A stretch of 64,000 nt of DNA, taken from Candidatus Poribacteria bacterium. GTDB taxonomy: Bacteria > Poribacteria > WGA-4E > JAJDTR01. Made by a program: the position numbers and the translations under genes. The stretch spans positions 4,320,001 to 4,384,000 of the forward strand of contig CBDCTK010000002.1 in assembly GCA_965222225.1 (NCBI GenBank). Direction: 5' to 3'. Below, piece by piece: positions 1 to 9,591 of this stretch. The notes under the pieces are model-generated. The model searched no databases and was not told the origin of the DNA. It saw only the letters and a program-made list of their open reading frames with translations. The stretch's first letter is position 1; every line of letters starts with the position of its first letter.

Positions 1-475
1 CTTCGTCAATAATCCCCTCGGGGCGTTGAGGCCACGGATAAACCATGTGCCATGCGAACCCGCCGGATAGCGCCGGGATGACATCGGTGCCCATGTTGAC
101 CGAGGCGTAAACGCATTTCTTTAATTCTCCCGATGCCCATTCGGTTCTGGCATCACCCTTCAAGCCCTCTGGATGGAACATTTCAAACATGACCTCGTAA
201 GCCGGATGCACCGCGAGAACCTGTCCCGCGAGATAGCCTCCTAACTCCGATGGCTCAAGCCCAATTTCTTTTAATTTGCCCTTATAATCATCACAGTACG
301 TTTTCGATTGCGCCGCCCGGTCAAGATCGATAATCCGCTTGTCCCACGTCGGGATTTGTACACCTACGTATCCCAAACCTGCGACCCATCGTCCAATGTT
401 TTCGATGTTATTGTACGGTTTTTCATCTCTCATAAACTGGGCAAGCAGTATGGCTGGGCCCTTCATCTTCGGCAT
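1..475 (-). CDS. Sugar-phosphate isomerase/epimerase (xylose-isomerase-like TIM barrel), 3' end outside window
   Basis: Not in the ORF track because it runs off the edge. Manual translation gives MPKMKGPAILLAQFMRDEKPYNNIENIGRWVAGLGYVGVQIPTWD...GQVLAVHPAY...SGGFAWHMVYPWPQRP. GGAG SD upstream. Confidence 0.8.
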   Translation of the reverse strand, partial: MPKMKGPAILLAQFMRDEKPYNNIENIGRWVAGLGYVGVQIPTWDKRIIDLDRAAQSKTYCDDYKGKLKEIGLEPSELGGYLAGQVLAVHPAYEVMFEMFHPEGLKGDARTEWASGELKKCVYASVNMGTDVIPALSGGFAWHMVYPWPQRPEGIIDE

Positions 476-1024
476 GGCTTATTCATCACTCCTATTTAGT
501 AGATTGTTCAGACAAGGGGCTAATATTTCCCACGCGAGCTAGTATATCACTCGAGAAGTGCCCTGTCAAACTTGGCGGTTGCGACCAAAACGAAATCACC
601 ACCGATTCTGACGGAACAGATATACCTCACATTTCCCACCTAGTCTGGCGCAGCTTTCCCTTGTGGCGGGAGCCGCGCACGACTCTTGATTTGCGATGTG
701 CCTTCATCCCCGTACCCCACTTTCTTTGTGGTTACAGTTTCACATTTTTCTTCCGCCAACTAGCTGGCTGTGCTATAATCGGGATTAGATGCTTCGGAAA
801 CTTGCGACGCTATAGTAAAGGACGGAACTTCATGTGAAGTGATCTCGGAGCGAGAATATAGGCGGATTGTTGTACCGAGTTTACACTCTAACATTTCGCT
901 TGGCGCGGACCTACGCGCGAACGATTCGGGACAGAATACCGGCGAATTTAGGTGTTTTGGACGTTCAATTGGCTCACGCTTGCGGTTCTTTGCCCAAGTC
1001 TCAACGATATCAAAGGATTAGAGA

Positions 1025-1876
1025 ATGGCAGACCAAAGTTTTAGACTTACAGAATACCAGATTAACTTTTTTGACGTTTTCGGCTACCTTAGTTTCCCCG
1101 GGTTAGTTGCCGACCGAATAGAAGAACTTCAACAAGAGTTCGAGAACGTTTGGGCGGAGCGCGGCGGTGGACATGACGGCAATCCGCATGCGGGCAACGC
1201 CCGCTCATGCATTGTACCCTTCATTGATCAAAGCGAAGTGCTCTGCACGCTGCTTGATGATTACCGAATTCTTGCTATCGCCAAAACAGTGCTGGGCGAC
1301 GATTTCAACTACATGGGAAGCGATGGAAACTTTTATGTCGGTGATACAGGCTGGCACTCTGACGGAGCACATGGTCCCGGCGACCCAATGCACATCAAAA
1401 TCGCATTCTACCTCGATACCCTGACTGGGGACACGGGTTCCTTACGAGTTATCCCCGGGAGTCATCGATTGGGAGACCATTATGCGGACGCCCTTAGTGG
1501 GCAAATCAAGCAGAGCCAAGATCTATGGGGCATTCACGGGCGTGATGTTCCCGCCACTATCTTCAACACCCAACCGGGAGATGTTGTGGTGTTCAATCAC
1601 AACTGCAAACACGCGGCATTTGGCGGCGGGGGTCGCCGCCGTATGTTCACTATGAACCTGTGTCAGCGGCACCCTGAGGACCGTCTACAAGATTTGCGCA
1701 ACTACATTAGTGGCGGCGCCCGCTTCTGGATTGAACGCGTCTATGGAGAGAAAATGGTGAAAACCGCAGGGCCCGGGCGTATGCAACACCTTGAACAGGT
1801 GATGGCAAACGATGGACACCTTGCCGAAATGTCGCGTCAGGCGCGGGCCAAAATGGACGAACCCTCACGTGGTTGA
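1025..1876 (+). CDS. Phytanoyl-CoA dioxygenase (PhyH) family Fe(II)/2OG oxygenase
   Basis: 'LTEYQINFFDVFGYL' N-terminus, WHSD iron motif, 'LRVIPGSH', 'QPGDVVVFNHNCKHAA'. Confidence 0.85.
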   Translation: MADQSFRLTEYQINFFDVFGYLSFPGLVADRIEELQQEFENVWAERGGGHDGNPHAGNARSCIVPFIDQSEVLCTLLDDYRILAIAKTVLGDDFNYMGSDGNFYVGDTGWHSDGAHGPGDPMHIKIAFYLDTLTGDTGSLRVIPGSHRLGDHYADALSGQIKQSQDLWGIHGRDVPATIFNTQPGDVVVFNHNCKHAAFGGGGRRRMFTMNLCQRHPEDRLQDLRNYISGGARFWIERVYGEKMVKTAGPGRMQHLEQVMANDGHLAEMSRQARAKMDEPSRG

Positions 1877-1920
1877 CAATTCCTGTTCCATACGCCTATG
1901 TCTTACCAGTTATTCATGTA

Positions 1921-2826
1921 ATGACGCAACGAGATAATAGCAACGACAATATTGAAGCTGACTACACTCCGATCGTCGCCGACAATGAGCCGACTCGGTT
2001 TCTACACGAAAGCCCGATTGAGATAGTTTGCCCGGTTGAATTCACCAATCCTCCCGAATATGCCTTGTTCGACTTTGATGGCACGTTGAGCCTCGTACGC
2101 GAGGGGTGGATGGACGTGATGATCCCGATGATGGTCACGGTTCTGCTTGAAACGGGAACCCAGGAATCACGAGATCAGTTGCACAGCCTTGTTTACAAAT
2201 TTGTGACCGAGCTAACGGGCAAGCAAACAATCTATCAGATGATTCGATTGAAGGAGGAAGTAGCACTTCGCGGAGGGAATCCGGCAGATCCTCTTGAGTA
2301 CAAACATGAGTATCACAACCGCTTGATGGAGCGCATAAACTCGCGGCGAGAAGGTCTCCGGACTGGTCGAAATACGCCTACTGATATGCTTGTCCCCGGA
2401 AGTTTGGATTTGCTTAACGCTCTCGAACAGAAGGGCGTAAAAATGTATCTCGCAAGCGGCACCGACGAAGGCTACGTACGCGAGGAAGCTGCGTTGCTGG
2501 AAATCGACTCGTACTTTGGGGAAAATATCTACGGCGCCATTGATGATTACCAGTCATTTTCAAAAGCACACGTCATTCGTAGCATTCTCAACAATGAGAA
2601 TGTTGTGCCTTCCAAGCTCGTGGGTTTCGGCGACGGATACGTCGAAATCCTGAACGTGAAAGAGGCAGGGGGTACAGCAGTCGGTGTCGCAAGCGACGAA
2701 TCCGGGCGCAGCGGCAAACCCGATAGTTGGAAACGTGAAAGACTAATCGGGGTCGGAGCCGATTTGATCGTGCCAGACTTTCGCCACCACGAAGATTTGG
2801 TTGAATACCTTTGGCCGTCCCGTTAA
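1921..2826 (+). CDS. HAD-superfamily hydrolase/phosphatase
   Basis: Motif I 'FDFDGTLS', motif II 'LASGT', motif IV 'GFGDG'. ORF open from 1873; ATG at 1921 preferred, start uncertain. Confidence 0.8.
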   Translation: MTQRDNSNDNIEADYTPIVADNEPTRFLHESPIEIVCPVEFTNPPEYALFDFDGTLSLVREGWMDVMIPMMVTVLLETGTQESRDQLHSLVYKFVTELTGKQTIYQMIRLKEEVALRGGNPADPLEYKHEYHNRLMERINSRREGLRTGRNTPTDMLVPGSLDLLNALEQKGVKMYLASGTDEGYVREEAALLEIDSYFGENIYGAIDDYQSFSKAHVIRSILNNENVVPSKLVGFGDGYVEILNVKEAGGTAVGVASDESGRSGKPDSWKRERLIGVGADLIVPDFRHHEDLVEYLWPSR

Positions 2827-2976
2827 TTTGATACCTCGGTGCGGCCTCGTTCCGCCTAGCCTGAAGGTAACACATAAGAGGATAGATAATCGCGATCGCT
2901 TTTGAGCACATGCTCCAGCGAGCAGTAAAGTAAAGTTGATAGAAAACGTCCACCAATACACAACTCGGAGAAAGCC

Positions 2977-4044
2977 ATGAAAGCAGCAGTGTTTTACCAA
3001 CCCAATGTTCCCGTGTCCATTGAGGAGCTCGAAATTGAAGCGCCGCGCACAGGCGAAGTCCTAATTGACATTGTGGGCGCGGGTGTTTGTCACAGCGATT
3101 ACCACTTCGTGGATGGCCACGTAAAACGTGAGGTAACACCATGGGTCATGGGTCATGAAGGCGCAGGCGTGGTCTCAGAGATCGGTCCTGGTGTCACCAG
3201 CCTCACCCCCGGCGACAAGGTCATTCTCTCCCTCGACGCAATGTGTGGTTACTGCCGCAACTGCAGCCAAGGGAGTCCCGCACTGTGTGAGACACATCCA
3301 GATGTCCCTGTCAGTCGCATGAAGAAGAATGGGCAACCGATTTACCACATCAGGCCAACATTTGTGGAGCAGACCATAGCCCTGGCCAATGCCTGCGTCA
3401 AAGTTCCAAGCGATACTCCATTAGAAAAGACGTGTCTCATTAGCTGCGCAGTTATTACCGGTATAGGCGCGGTCGTAAACAGGGCGAAAGTCGAAACGGG
3501 AGCCACGATGGCCGTATTCGGTTGCGGCGGCGTCGGACTCAATGCCATTCAAGGCGGCGTCTTGGCGTCTGCGGGAAAAATCATCGCCGTTGACAAAGTT
3601 CCGTACAAGTTGGAGCTAGCTGAACAATTCGGTGCTACTCATTTTGTCAATGCTGCCAACGAGGACCCCGTCCAGAGAATCAAGGAGATAACGGGCGGTG
3701 GTGCAGACTACGCCTTTGAAGTTGTCGGCTTCCCTGCCTTAGTTCGACAGGCAATCGACTCGGTTCGCACAACCGGGACGGCTGTTGTGGTCGGCGTGCA
3801 GCCGACGGGTCAAGATGTTTCTGTTGACGGCTGGCACCTATTGCTGGACCGTACTTTAATGGGAGGTTGGCACGGCGCAGCGCGGGCTCGGGTTGACTTT
3901 CTTTGGCTGCTCGACCTCTACAACCAAGGGAAAATAAAACTCGACGAATTAATTTCGCGCTACCGGCCACTGGACGAACTCAACGAGGCATTTGATGACA
4001 TGAACCAAGGCAAGGTCGCGCGCAGTGTAATCGTATTTGACTGA
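2977..4044 (+). CDS. Zn-dependent alcohol dehydrogenase (MDR family)
   Basis: 'GVCHSD', 'GHEGAG', structural Zn CxxCxxC...C, 'GCGGVG' Rossmann motif; GGAGA SD. Confidence 0.92.
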   Translation: MKAAVFYQPNVPVSIEELEIEAPRTGEVLIDIVGAGVCHSDYHFVDGHVKREVTPWVMGHEGAGVVSEIGPGVTSLTPGDKVILSLDAMCGYCRNCSQGSPALCETHPDVPVSRMKKNGQPIYHIRPTFVEQTIALANACVKVPSDTPLEKTCLISCAVITGIGAVVNRAKVETGATMAVFGCGGVGLNAIQGGVLASAGKIIAVDKVPYKLELAEQFGATHFVNAANEDPVQRIKEITGGGADYAFEVVGFPALVRQAIDSVRTTGTAVVVGVQPTGQDVSVDGWHLLLDRTLMGGWHGAARARVDFLWLLDLYNQGKIKLDELISRYRPLDELNEAFDDMNQGKVARSVIVFD

Positions 4045-4125
4045 TTAGTTTGTAGTAGTGCAATTCAACCCGCGTGCAGGTGAAAGCCTTGACTACAATC
4101 CGTGAAGTTTTGCGCGTTCAAATTC

Positions 4126-4157
4126 TCTGACCACTGGCTACTAACCACTGACCACTG
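4126..4157 (+). repeat. Short heptamer tandem repeat (CTGACCA/CTGGCTA/CTAACCA/CTGACCA)
   Basis: Seen directly just upstream of the 4167 ATG. Confidence 0.55.
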
Positions 4158-4166
4158 TTTTTCCAC

Positions 4167-5282
4167 ATGCCTTTTCCCCAATTAGATCGCTTTGCTGTCC
4201 GCATGCAGCCGCTTTCAGCGAGGATAAACAAGAAGCACATCGTGCGCGACCATGTCCCTGCCGATGCTGAACCGAAGCAGTTGAGTACAACTGCTCAATC
4301 GTTGATTAGCGAATGCGCAGAGCGTGTAAGGGAGGCTCGACGACAAGATCGTCCGGTGATTATTGCCTTCGGTGCCCATGCCATCAAAAATGGACTCGCA
4401 CCCGTTTTCTTGCGTCTGATAGAGGGCGGATGGGTCACCCATTTGGCGACCAACGGCGCCGGGATTATCCACGACTGGGAGTTTGCATTTCAAGGCAAGA
4501 GTTGCGAAGATGTAGCACTCATGGTGCAGCAGGGGCGGTTCGGCAACTGGGAAGAAACCGGATTCTATATCAACCTTGCGCTCAACGTTGGCGCTTATGA
4601 AGGCAAGGGATATGGAGAATCAGTCGGTGCCCTGATTCAGAACGAGGGGTTATCCATTCCGGCAGCTGACGAATTGGAGAGTTTTGTCCGGGGCGAGATT
4701 GCCCAACAGCCCGAGGCGGTAGCCGGTGCTGCCGATCTGCTTGGAGTACTGCAGAAATTTGACCTTCCGAGCGGTGCGTTAAACATTCCCCATCCGTGGA
4801 AAAAATTCAGTATTCAAGCAGGCGCCTTCCGTCACGGCATCCCATTCACCGGTCACCCCATGATTGGACACGACATCATCTATAACCATCCGATGAATTG
4901 CTGTGCCAGTCTCGGTCGAGCCGCTCAACGCGATTTTTTGACCTTCGCCGAAAGCGTCAGCCGTTTGAATGGTGGCGTTTATATATCTGTCGGCTCGGCA
5001 ATCATGAGCCCAATGATTTTCGAGAAATCGCTATCTATGGCGCAGAATCTAGCTATCCAGAACGGCGGATACATCAACGACCATTTCATCTTGGTGAACG
5101 ATCTCGCCGAGTCAGATTGGGATTGGTCACAAGGAGAGCCGCCGGAAGAAAATCCCGCCTACTATTTGAGGTACAACAAGACATTTAGCAGGATGGGCGG
5201 GACAATGCGATATCTTCAAGCAGACAACCGAGACTTCCTACTCGCTCTGTTGCGGCAACTCACAAGGGGGGTTAATACTTGA
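4167..5282 (+). CDS. Deoxyhypusine-synthase-like fold protein (GSU2086-like), function unknown
   Basis: 'FGAHAIKNGL...THLATNGAGIIHDWE', 'IGHDII', 'VGSAIMSPMIFEK' resemble this family as I recall it. Confidence 0.6.
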   Translation: MPFPQLDRFAVRMQPLSARINKKHIVRDHVPADAEPKQLSTTAQSLISECAERVREARRQDRPVIIAFGAHAIKNGLAPVFLRLIEGGWVTHLATNGAGIIHDWEFAFQGKSCEDVALMVQQGRFGNWEETGFYINLALNVGAYEGKGYGESVGALIQNEGLSIPAADELESFVRGEIAQQPEAVAGAADLLGVLQKFDLPSGALNIPHPWKKFSIQAGAFRHGIPFTGHPMIGHDIIYNHPMNCCASLGRAAQRDFLTFAESVSRLNGGVYISVGSAIMSPMIFEKSLSMAQNLAIQNGGYINDHFILVNDLAESDWDWSQGEPPEENPAYYLRYNKTFSRMGGTMRYLQADNRDFLLALLRQLTRGVNT

Positions 5283-6331
5283 ATACCGCATTACTATCCC
5301 AAGATCGACTTCATCAACTCATCAAACGCTTCGACAGTTGTCGCATTGCCGTGCTAGGCGATTTCTTTCTGGACAAATACTTAGACACGGATCCGACGCT
5401 TGTGGAAACCAGTGTTGAAACCGGCAAAGAAGCTCATCAAGTCGTTAGTATCCGTTGCAGTCCGGGCGCCGCCGGAACGGTCATCAATAACCTAGCCGCC
5501 CTAAATCCGGGGGTACTCCATGCTATTGGCATCACCGGCGACGACGGTGAAGCCTTTGAATTGCGGCGCGGACTGGCTGCACGCAACTGTACCACCGATC
5601 GTCTAATCAGGTCGCCTTCGCACAACACGCCCACATACCTCAAGCCGAGAAATAACTCGATCCCGGGTTTAGCCGGAGAAATATGCCGCTATGACACAAA
5701 AAACCGAGATGTCATGTCTCCTGAACTAGAAATGCGACTTGTTGGGGCGCTTGACGTGCTCCTGCCAGAGCTTGACGCCGTAATCATTTTGGACCAGGTT
5801 GAGGAGGCCGTAGGCGGCGTGCTTTCTACCGCCATTCGTGATGCCGCCATTGAGCGCGCTAGGCGCTTTCCGGGAGTTGTCTTCTGGGTGGATAGCCGAG
5901 AGCGCGTCCACGATTTCCGACGCATGACGCTAAAATCAAATGAATACGAAGTCCTCGGCATGAAACAACCTCCGCCGGGAACAACGGTTGACTTGAATCA
6001 AGTATATGATGAAGCGCGAATACTCCGGCAGAAAAACGGCGCACCGGTCGTTGTCACGTGCGGCGACAAGGGCGTCTTAATTAGCGATCCCGAATGGATG
6101 TGGGTGCCATGTGTACAAATAGACGGCGAAATTGATGCCACCGGGGCTGGGGATAGTTTCAACGCCGGAGCCACCCTTGCTCTTGCCGCCGGCGCTTCCC
6201 TCGCCGAAGCCATGGTCGTCGCCCACCTCGTCGCATCAATTACCATCCAACAACTCGCTACGACCGGCGTCGCGCGCCCGGACCAGTTACCGGACCGATT
6301 AAGTCTTTGGATTCAGCAGCAAAAGGAATAA
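5279..6331 (+). CDS. PfkB/ribokinase-family kinase resembling the RfaE/HldE kinase domain
   Basis: 'IAVLGDFFLDKY', 'PGAAGTV', 'DATGAGD' PfkB signature; 4-bp overlap with the upstream gene. Confidence 0.82.
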   Translation: MNTALLSQDRLHQLIKRFDSCRIAVLGDFFLDKYLDTDPTLVETSVETGKEAHQVVSIRCSPGAAGTVINNLAALNPGVLHAIGITGDDGEAFELRRGLAARNCTTDRLIRSPSHNTPTYLKPRNNSIPGLAGEICRYDTKNRDVMSPELEMRLVGALDVLLPELDAVIILDQVEEAVGGVLSTAIRDAAIERARRFPGVVFWVDSRERVHDFRRMTLKSNEYEVLGMKQPPPGTTVDLNQVYDEARILRQKNGAPVVVTCGDKGVLISDPEWMWVPCVQIDGEIDATGAGDSFNAGATLALAAGASLAEAMVVAHLVASITIQQLATTGVARPDQLPDRLSLWIQQQKE

Positions 6332-6335
6332 CAGT

Positions 6336-6905
6336 ATGGATAAACCGTCATTTGCTTTCCAATACCTTGATTCTCTCTCAGGTGTCCTCCGGGCAATCGA
6401 TGCCTCCCAAGTCCAGCACGCAGTTGAAACTTTGCGAGATGCACGCGACCGAGGAAGCACTATCTACTCGTGCGGCAACGGCGGGAGCGCAAGCATCGCT
6501 TCACAGATGGTTGTTGATCTCGTGAAAGGTGGCTCCTACGGCAAGCAGACCCGTCGTATCAAGATGATTGGACTAACCGATAGCATTTCCACGATAACCG
6601 CCTACGCCAACGATGTGAGTTATGATTCGGTGTTTGTGGAGCAACTCAAGAACTGGGCAACCCCCGGCGACGTTCTCATCGCCATTAGCGGTAGCGGCAA
6701 CAGCCAAAATGTGTTGAGTGCCGTTGAATACGCCAACGACTGCGGCGTGATCACCATTGCGTGCACCACCGCCGAAGGTGGAAAACTCAAGGATCTCGCC
6801 CGTGTCCCACTCCTCGTCCCGTCCTCACACATGGGTCACCTCGAAGATTGTTTTTTCGCTATGACGCACGTTCTTTGCTACGCATTCATTGAAGATCGGG
6901 TGTAA
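6336..6905 (+). CDS. gmhA: SIS-domain phosphoheptose isomerase (GmhA-like)
   Basis: 'CGNGGSA', 'TAYAND.Y..VF..Q', 'GDVLIAISGSGNS.NV'. Confidence 0.8.
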   Translation: MDKPSFAFQYLDSLSGVLRAIDASQVQHAVETLRDARDRGSTIYSCGNGGSASIASQMVVDLVKGGSYGKQTRRIKMIGLTDSISTITAYANDVSYDSVFVEQLKNWATPGDVLIAISGSGNSQNVLSAVEYANDCGVITIACTTAEGGKLKDLARVPLLVPSSHMGHLEDCFFAMTHVLCYAFIEDRV

Positions 6906-7022
6906 CATGCACGGGAGAATGTCGCTTGTACAGAAACGGTCTCTGCGCTATACAACACGAGCGACGTGCAATACCTACTTCAGATGCGCGGTGCACATAC
7001 TGGAGTGAATGAGGTCATCTGC

Positions 7023-8963
7023 ATGATAAGAAAAAGCCTGCCTCTTTTTAGTTTTAGTCTAATTTTGGTATCTGTTCTGTTCTTACAAGACATTTCCGCG
7101 CAGGATCCTACCCAGTTGGGACTACCCGAAGGTGCGAGAGCGCGACTCGGTAAGGGTCAAATATCTGGAAATATTGCATTCTCGGCGGATGGGGCGCGAC
7201 TAGCGGTGGCAGGTAGCATCGGTATTTGGGTGTATAATGCGGACACCGGCGCCGAAATCACCCTGCTCGCCGGGCACAAAGCACCTGTCAGCTCTGTTGC
7301 TTACTCTTTCAATGGTACTACGCTTGTCAGTGGAAGTGACGAGGATAACTCAATTCGTATGTTGGATGCGCGTAATGGAGAACTCAAGAAGACCATTAAG
7401 GATAAGAAGACTCATCAATGGCATAATAAGAATTCCATGGCAATCTCCCCAGATGGGACCACGCTTGCCTATGGATCCTATAAAGAAATTCATTTGTGGG
7501 ATGTGCACATTGGACAATACAAGAAAACCCTTCAAGGACACACAAATGACGTCACTTCCCTAGCGTTCTCTCCTGATGGCCGTACGCTTGCTAGCGGAGG
7601 AGACAGAACGATCCGGTTGTGGAATGTACAAACGGGAGAACACAAGAAGACCATTCCAGGGCATATACTTACGGTCGGTTCCGTGGCGTTTTCCCCTGAT
7701 GGCCATACGCTTGCTAGCGGAGGATACAGAACGATTCGGCTGTGGAATGCCCAAACTGCGGAACACGTGCGGACGCTAGAAGGACATACCAGTAGCGTTT
7801 CGTCCGTTGCTTTCTCTCCGGATGGTCTTACGCTTGCCAGTGGCAGTTGGGACTCGACGATACGGTTGTGGAATGTCTCTTCTGGCGGACACCAGCGAAC
7901 GCTTAAGGGACACGGGGATAGTATTACATCGGTTGTGTTTTCTCCTAATGGTGTCACGCTTGCCAGCGCAAGTAGAGACAACACTGTTCGGTTGTGGGAT
8001 GCGCGTACTGGAGAACACAAACACACCCTTGAAGGGTATATGGGTGGCGTGAAATCCGTAGCGTTTTCGCCTCATGGGTATATGCTTGCCAGCGGGAATG
8101 GCGACAACACGATTCGGTTATGGGATGCCCGAACTAGGGAACACAAACGAAGCTTTAAGGGGCATACAGATGCCGTCTCGACTGTAGCGTTTTCCCCCGA
8201 TGGTTTCACGCTTGCTAGTGGGAGTTGGGACTCGACGACACGGTTGTGGGGCGCCTATACCGGGGAACACAAACGCACGCTTAAGGGTCATACCGGTCGT
8301 GTCACGTCCGTTGCGTTTTCTCCTAGTGGTTTAACGATTGCGAGCGGGAGTACTGGGAATCACATTGAGAAAGACGACACGATTCGGTTGTGGAACGTCC
8401 AAACTGGCGAACACCGGCACACGCTTAAGGGGCATAGGCTCGGTGTATCGTCGGTTGTTTTTTCGCCCGACGGTTTAACAATAGCTAGTGGAAGTGCAGA
8501 TGCGACGATTCGGTTATGGGATTCTCACACTGGGAAACACATCCGGACCCTTAATGGGCACACGGATTTTGTTCTTGGTGTTGCATTCTCTCCCGATGGA
8601 AGCACCCTTGCAAGTGTTGCAGGTTTAGACCGTAGCATTTGGTTGTGGGATGCCCACACAGGCCAACGTAAGCGGAGCCTTGAGGTCCCTACGGGTGTGG
8701 TCAGATCTGTTGCGATTTCCCCCGATAGCCGTATACTTGCAAGTGGATTTGCAGCCATGCCCGATCTATCGTACGACACCGCGATCCGATTGTGGGACGC
8801 GGAGACGGGAAAACACCTTCAGACGCTTGAAGGACATACAGATAGTGTCCATTCCGTCGCGTTTTCCGTAGACGGTCGGACGCTTGCAAGTGGAAGTTGG
8901 GATGGGACCATTCTGCTGTGGGACTTGGCAGCCGACAAGAACGTACTCGGAATTATGCAGTAA
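7023..8963 (+). CDS. Secreted WD40-repeat protein (~14 repeats)
   Basis: Signal peptide, 'QLGLPEGARARLGKG', repeated 'GH..V.SVAFSPDG.TLASGS.D.TIRLWD'. ATG 7023 with GAGG SD. Confidence 0.92.
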   Translation: MIRKSLPLFSFSLILVSVLFLQDISAQDPTQLGLPEGARARLGKGQISGNIAFSADGARLAVAGSIGIWVYNADTGAEITLLAGHKAPVSSVAYSFNGTTLVSGSDEDNSIRMLDARNGELKKTIKDKKTHQWHNKNSMAISPDGTTLAYGSYKEIHLWDVHIGQYKKTLQGHTNDVTSLAFSPDGRTLASGGDRTIRLWNVQTGEHKKTIPGHILTVGSVAFSPDGHTLASGGYRTIRLWNAQTAEHVRTLEGHTSSVSSVAFSPDGLTLASGSWDSTIRLWNVSSGGHQRTLKGHGDSITSVVFSPNGVTLASASRDNTVRLWDARTGEHKHTLEGYMGGVKSVAFSPHGYMLASGNGDNTIRLWDARTREHKRSFKGHTDAVSTVAFSPDGFTLASGSWDSTTRLWGAYTGEHKRTLKGHTGRVTSVAFSPSGLTIASGSTGNHIEKDDTIRLWNVQTGEHRHTLKGHRLGVSSVVFSPDGLTIASGSADATIRLWDSHTGKHIRTLNGHTDFVLGVAFSPDGSTLASVAGLDRSIWLWDAHTGQRKRSLEVPTGVVRSVAISPDSRILASGFAAMPDLSYDTAIRLWDAETGKHLQTLEGHTDSVHSVAFSVDGRTLASGSWDGTILLWDLAADKNVLGIMQ

Positions 8964-9126
8964 ACATTCTAGGACTGCGTAAGAGCTTGTTTTGAAGATA
9001 GATAACAAAGCCTTTTTTGGGCATTCGAGTGCTATTACCTGTGGAATCTCTATCGCACGGAATTTTCTATCGCGCTCATTATTCATTTGCTTGATCGCAG
9101 TGCACATCCTACAGGATAGTGCATTT

Positions 9127-9329
9127 GACTGACCAATACTATCGCTACGATGACTAGCTACGCCAACGACGTGATTACCATCGCGTGTACCACCGCAGAA
9201 GGCGGGAAGCTCAAAGATCTCGCTCGCATCCCGCTTCTCGTTCCGTCTTCACACATGGGTCACCTAGAAGACTGCTTCTTCGTTATGACACACGTGCTCT
9301 GTTACGCATTCATTGAAGACCGTGTTTAA
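9127..9329 (+). pseudogene. Degenerate second copy of the gmhA 3' part with an internal in-frame deletion
   Basis: 9171-9329 encodes VITIACTTAEGGKLKDLARIPLLVPSSHMGHLEDCFFVMTHVLCYAFIEDRV*, 50/52 aa identical to 6747-6905. Confidence 0.9.
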
Positions 9330-9591
9330 TGTAAGTCGGCGTGATTTGTTCGTAGGAGAATTGGTTGTCAACGGCCTCTACTTTTGCACGCTAACCGCGG
9401 GCGATTTCACTGCCACTCGGAGAATGTTGGTCAGCAAGCAGTCTGTCCGCCAATCGTCAATATGGTAGAGAGCTGACTGCACGCCATCGCGAAACGCCCG
9501 TGATTATCTTCTGTTTGTAGGGGTGTCCCTTGTGGGAACTGCCCACCATCCCTGCATTCATACACAATCGTAACTCCGTGACTACATCACT

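Noticed and set aside
7237-8889. Long antisense/alternate-frame ORFs over the WD40 genes (also 15950-17715 and 54226-55740)
   Set aside because: Shadow ORFs caused by repeat periodicity
6747-9329. gmhA duplication as a DGR template/variable repeat
   Set aside because: Differences are synonymous third-position changes of all base types, not A-specific
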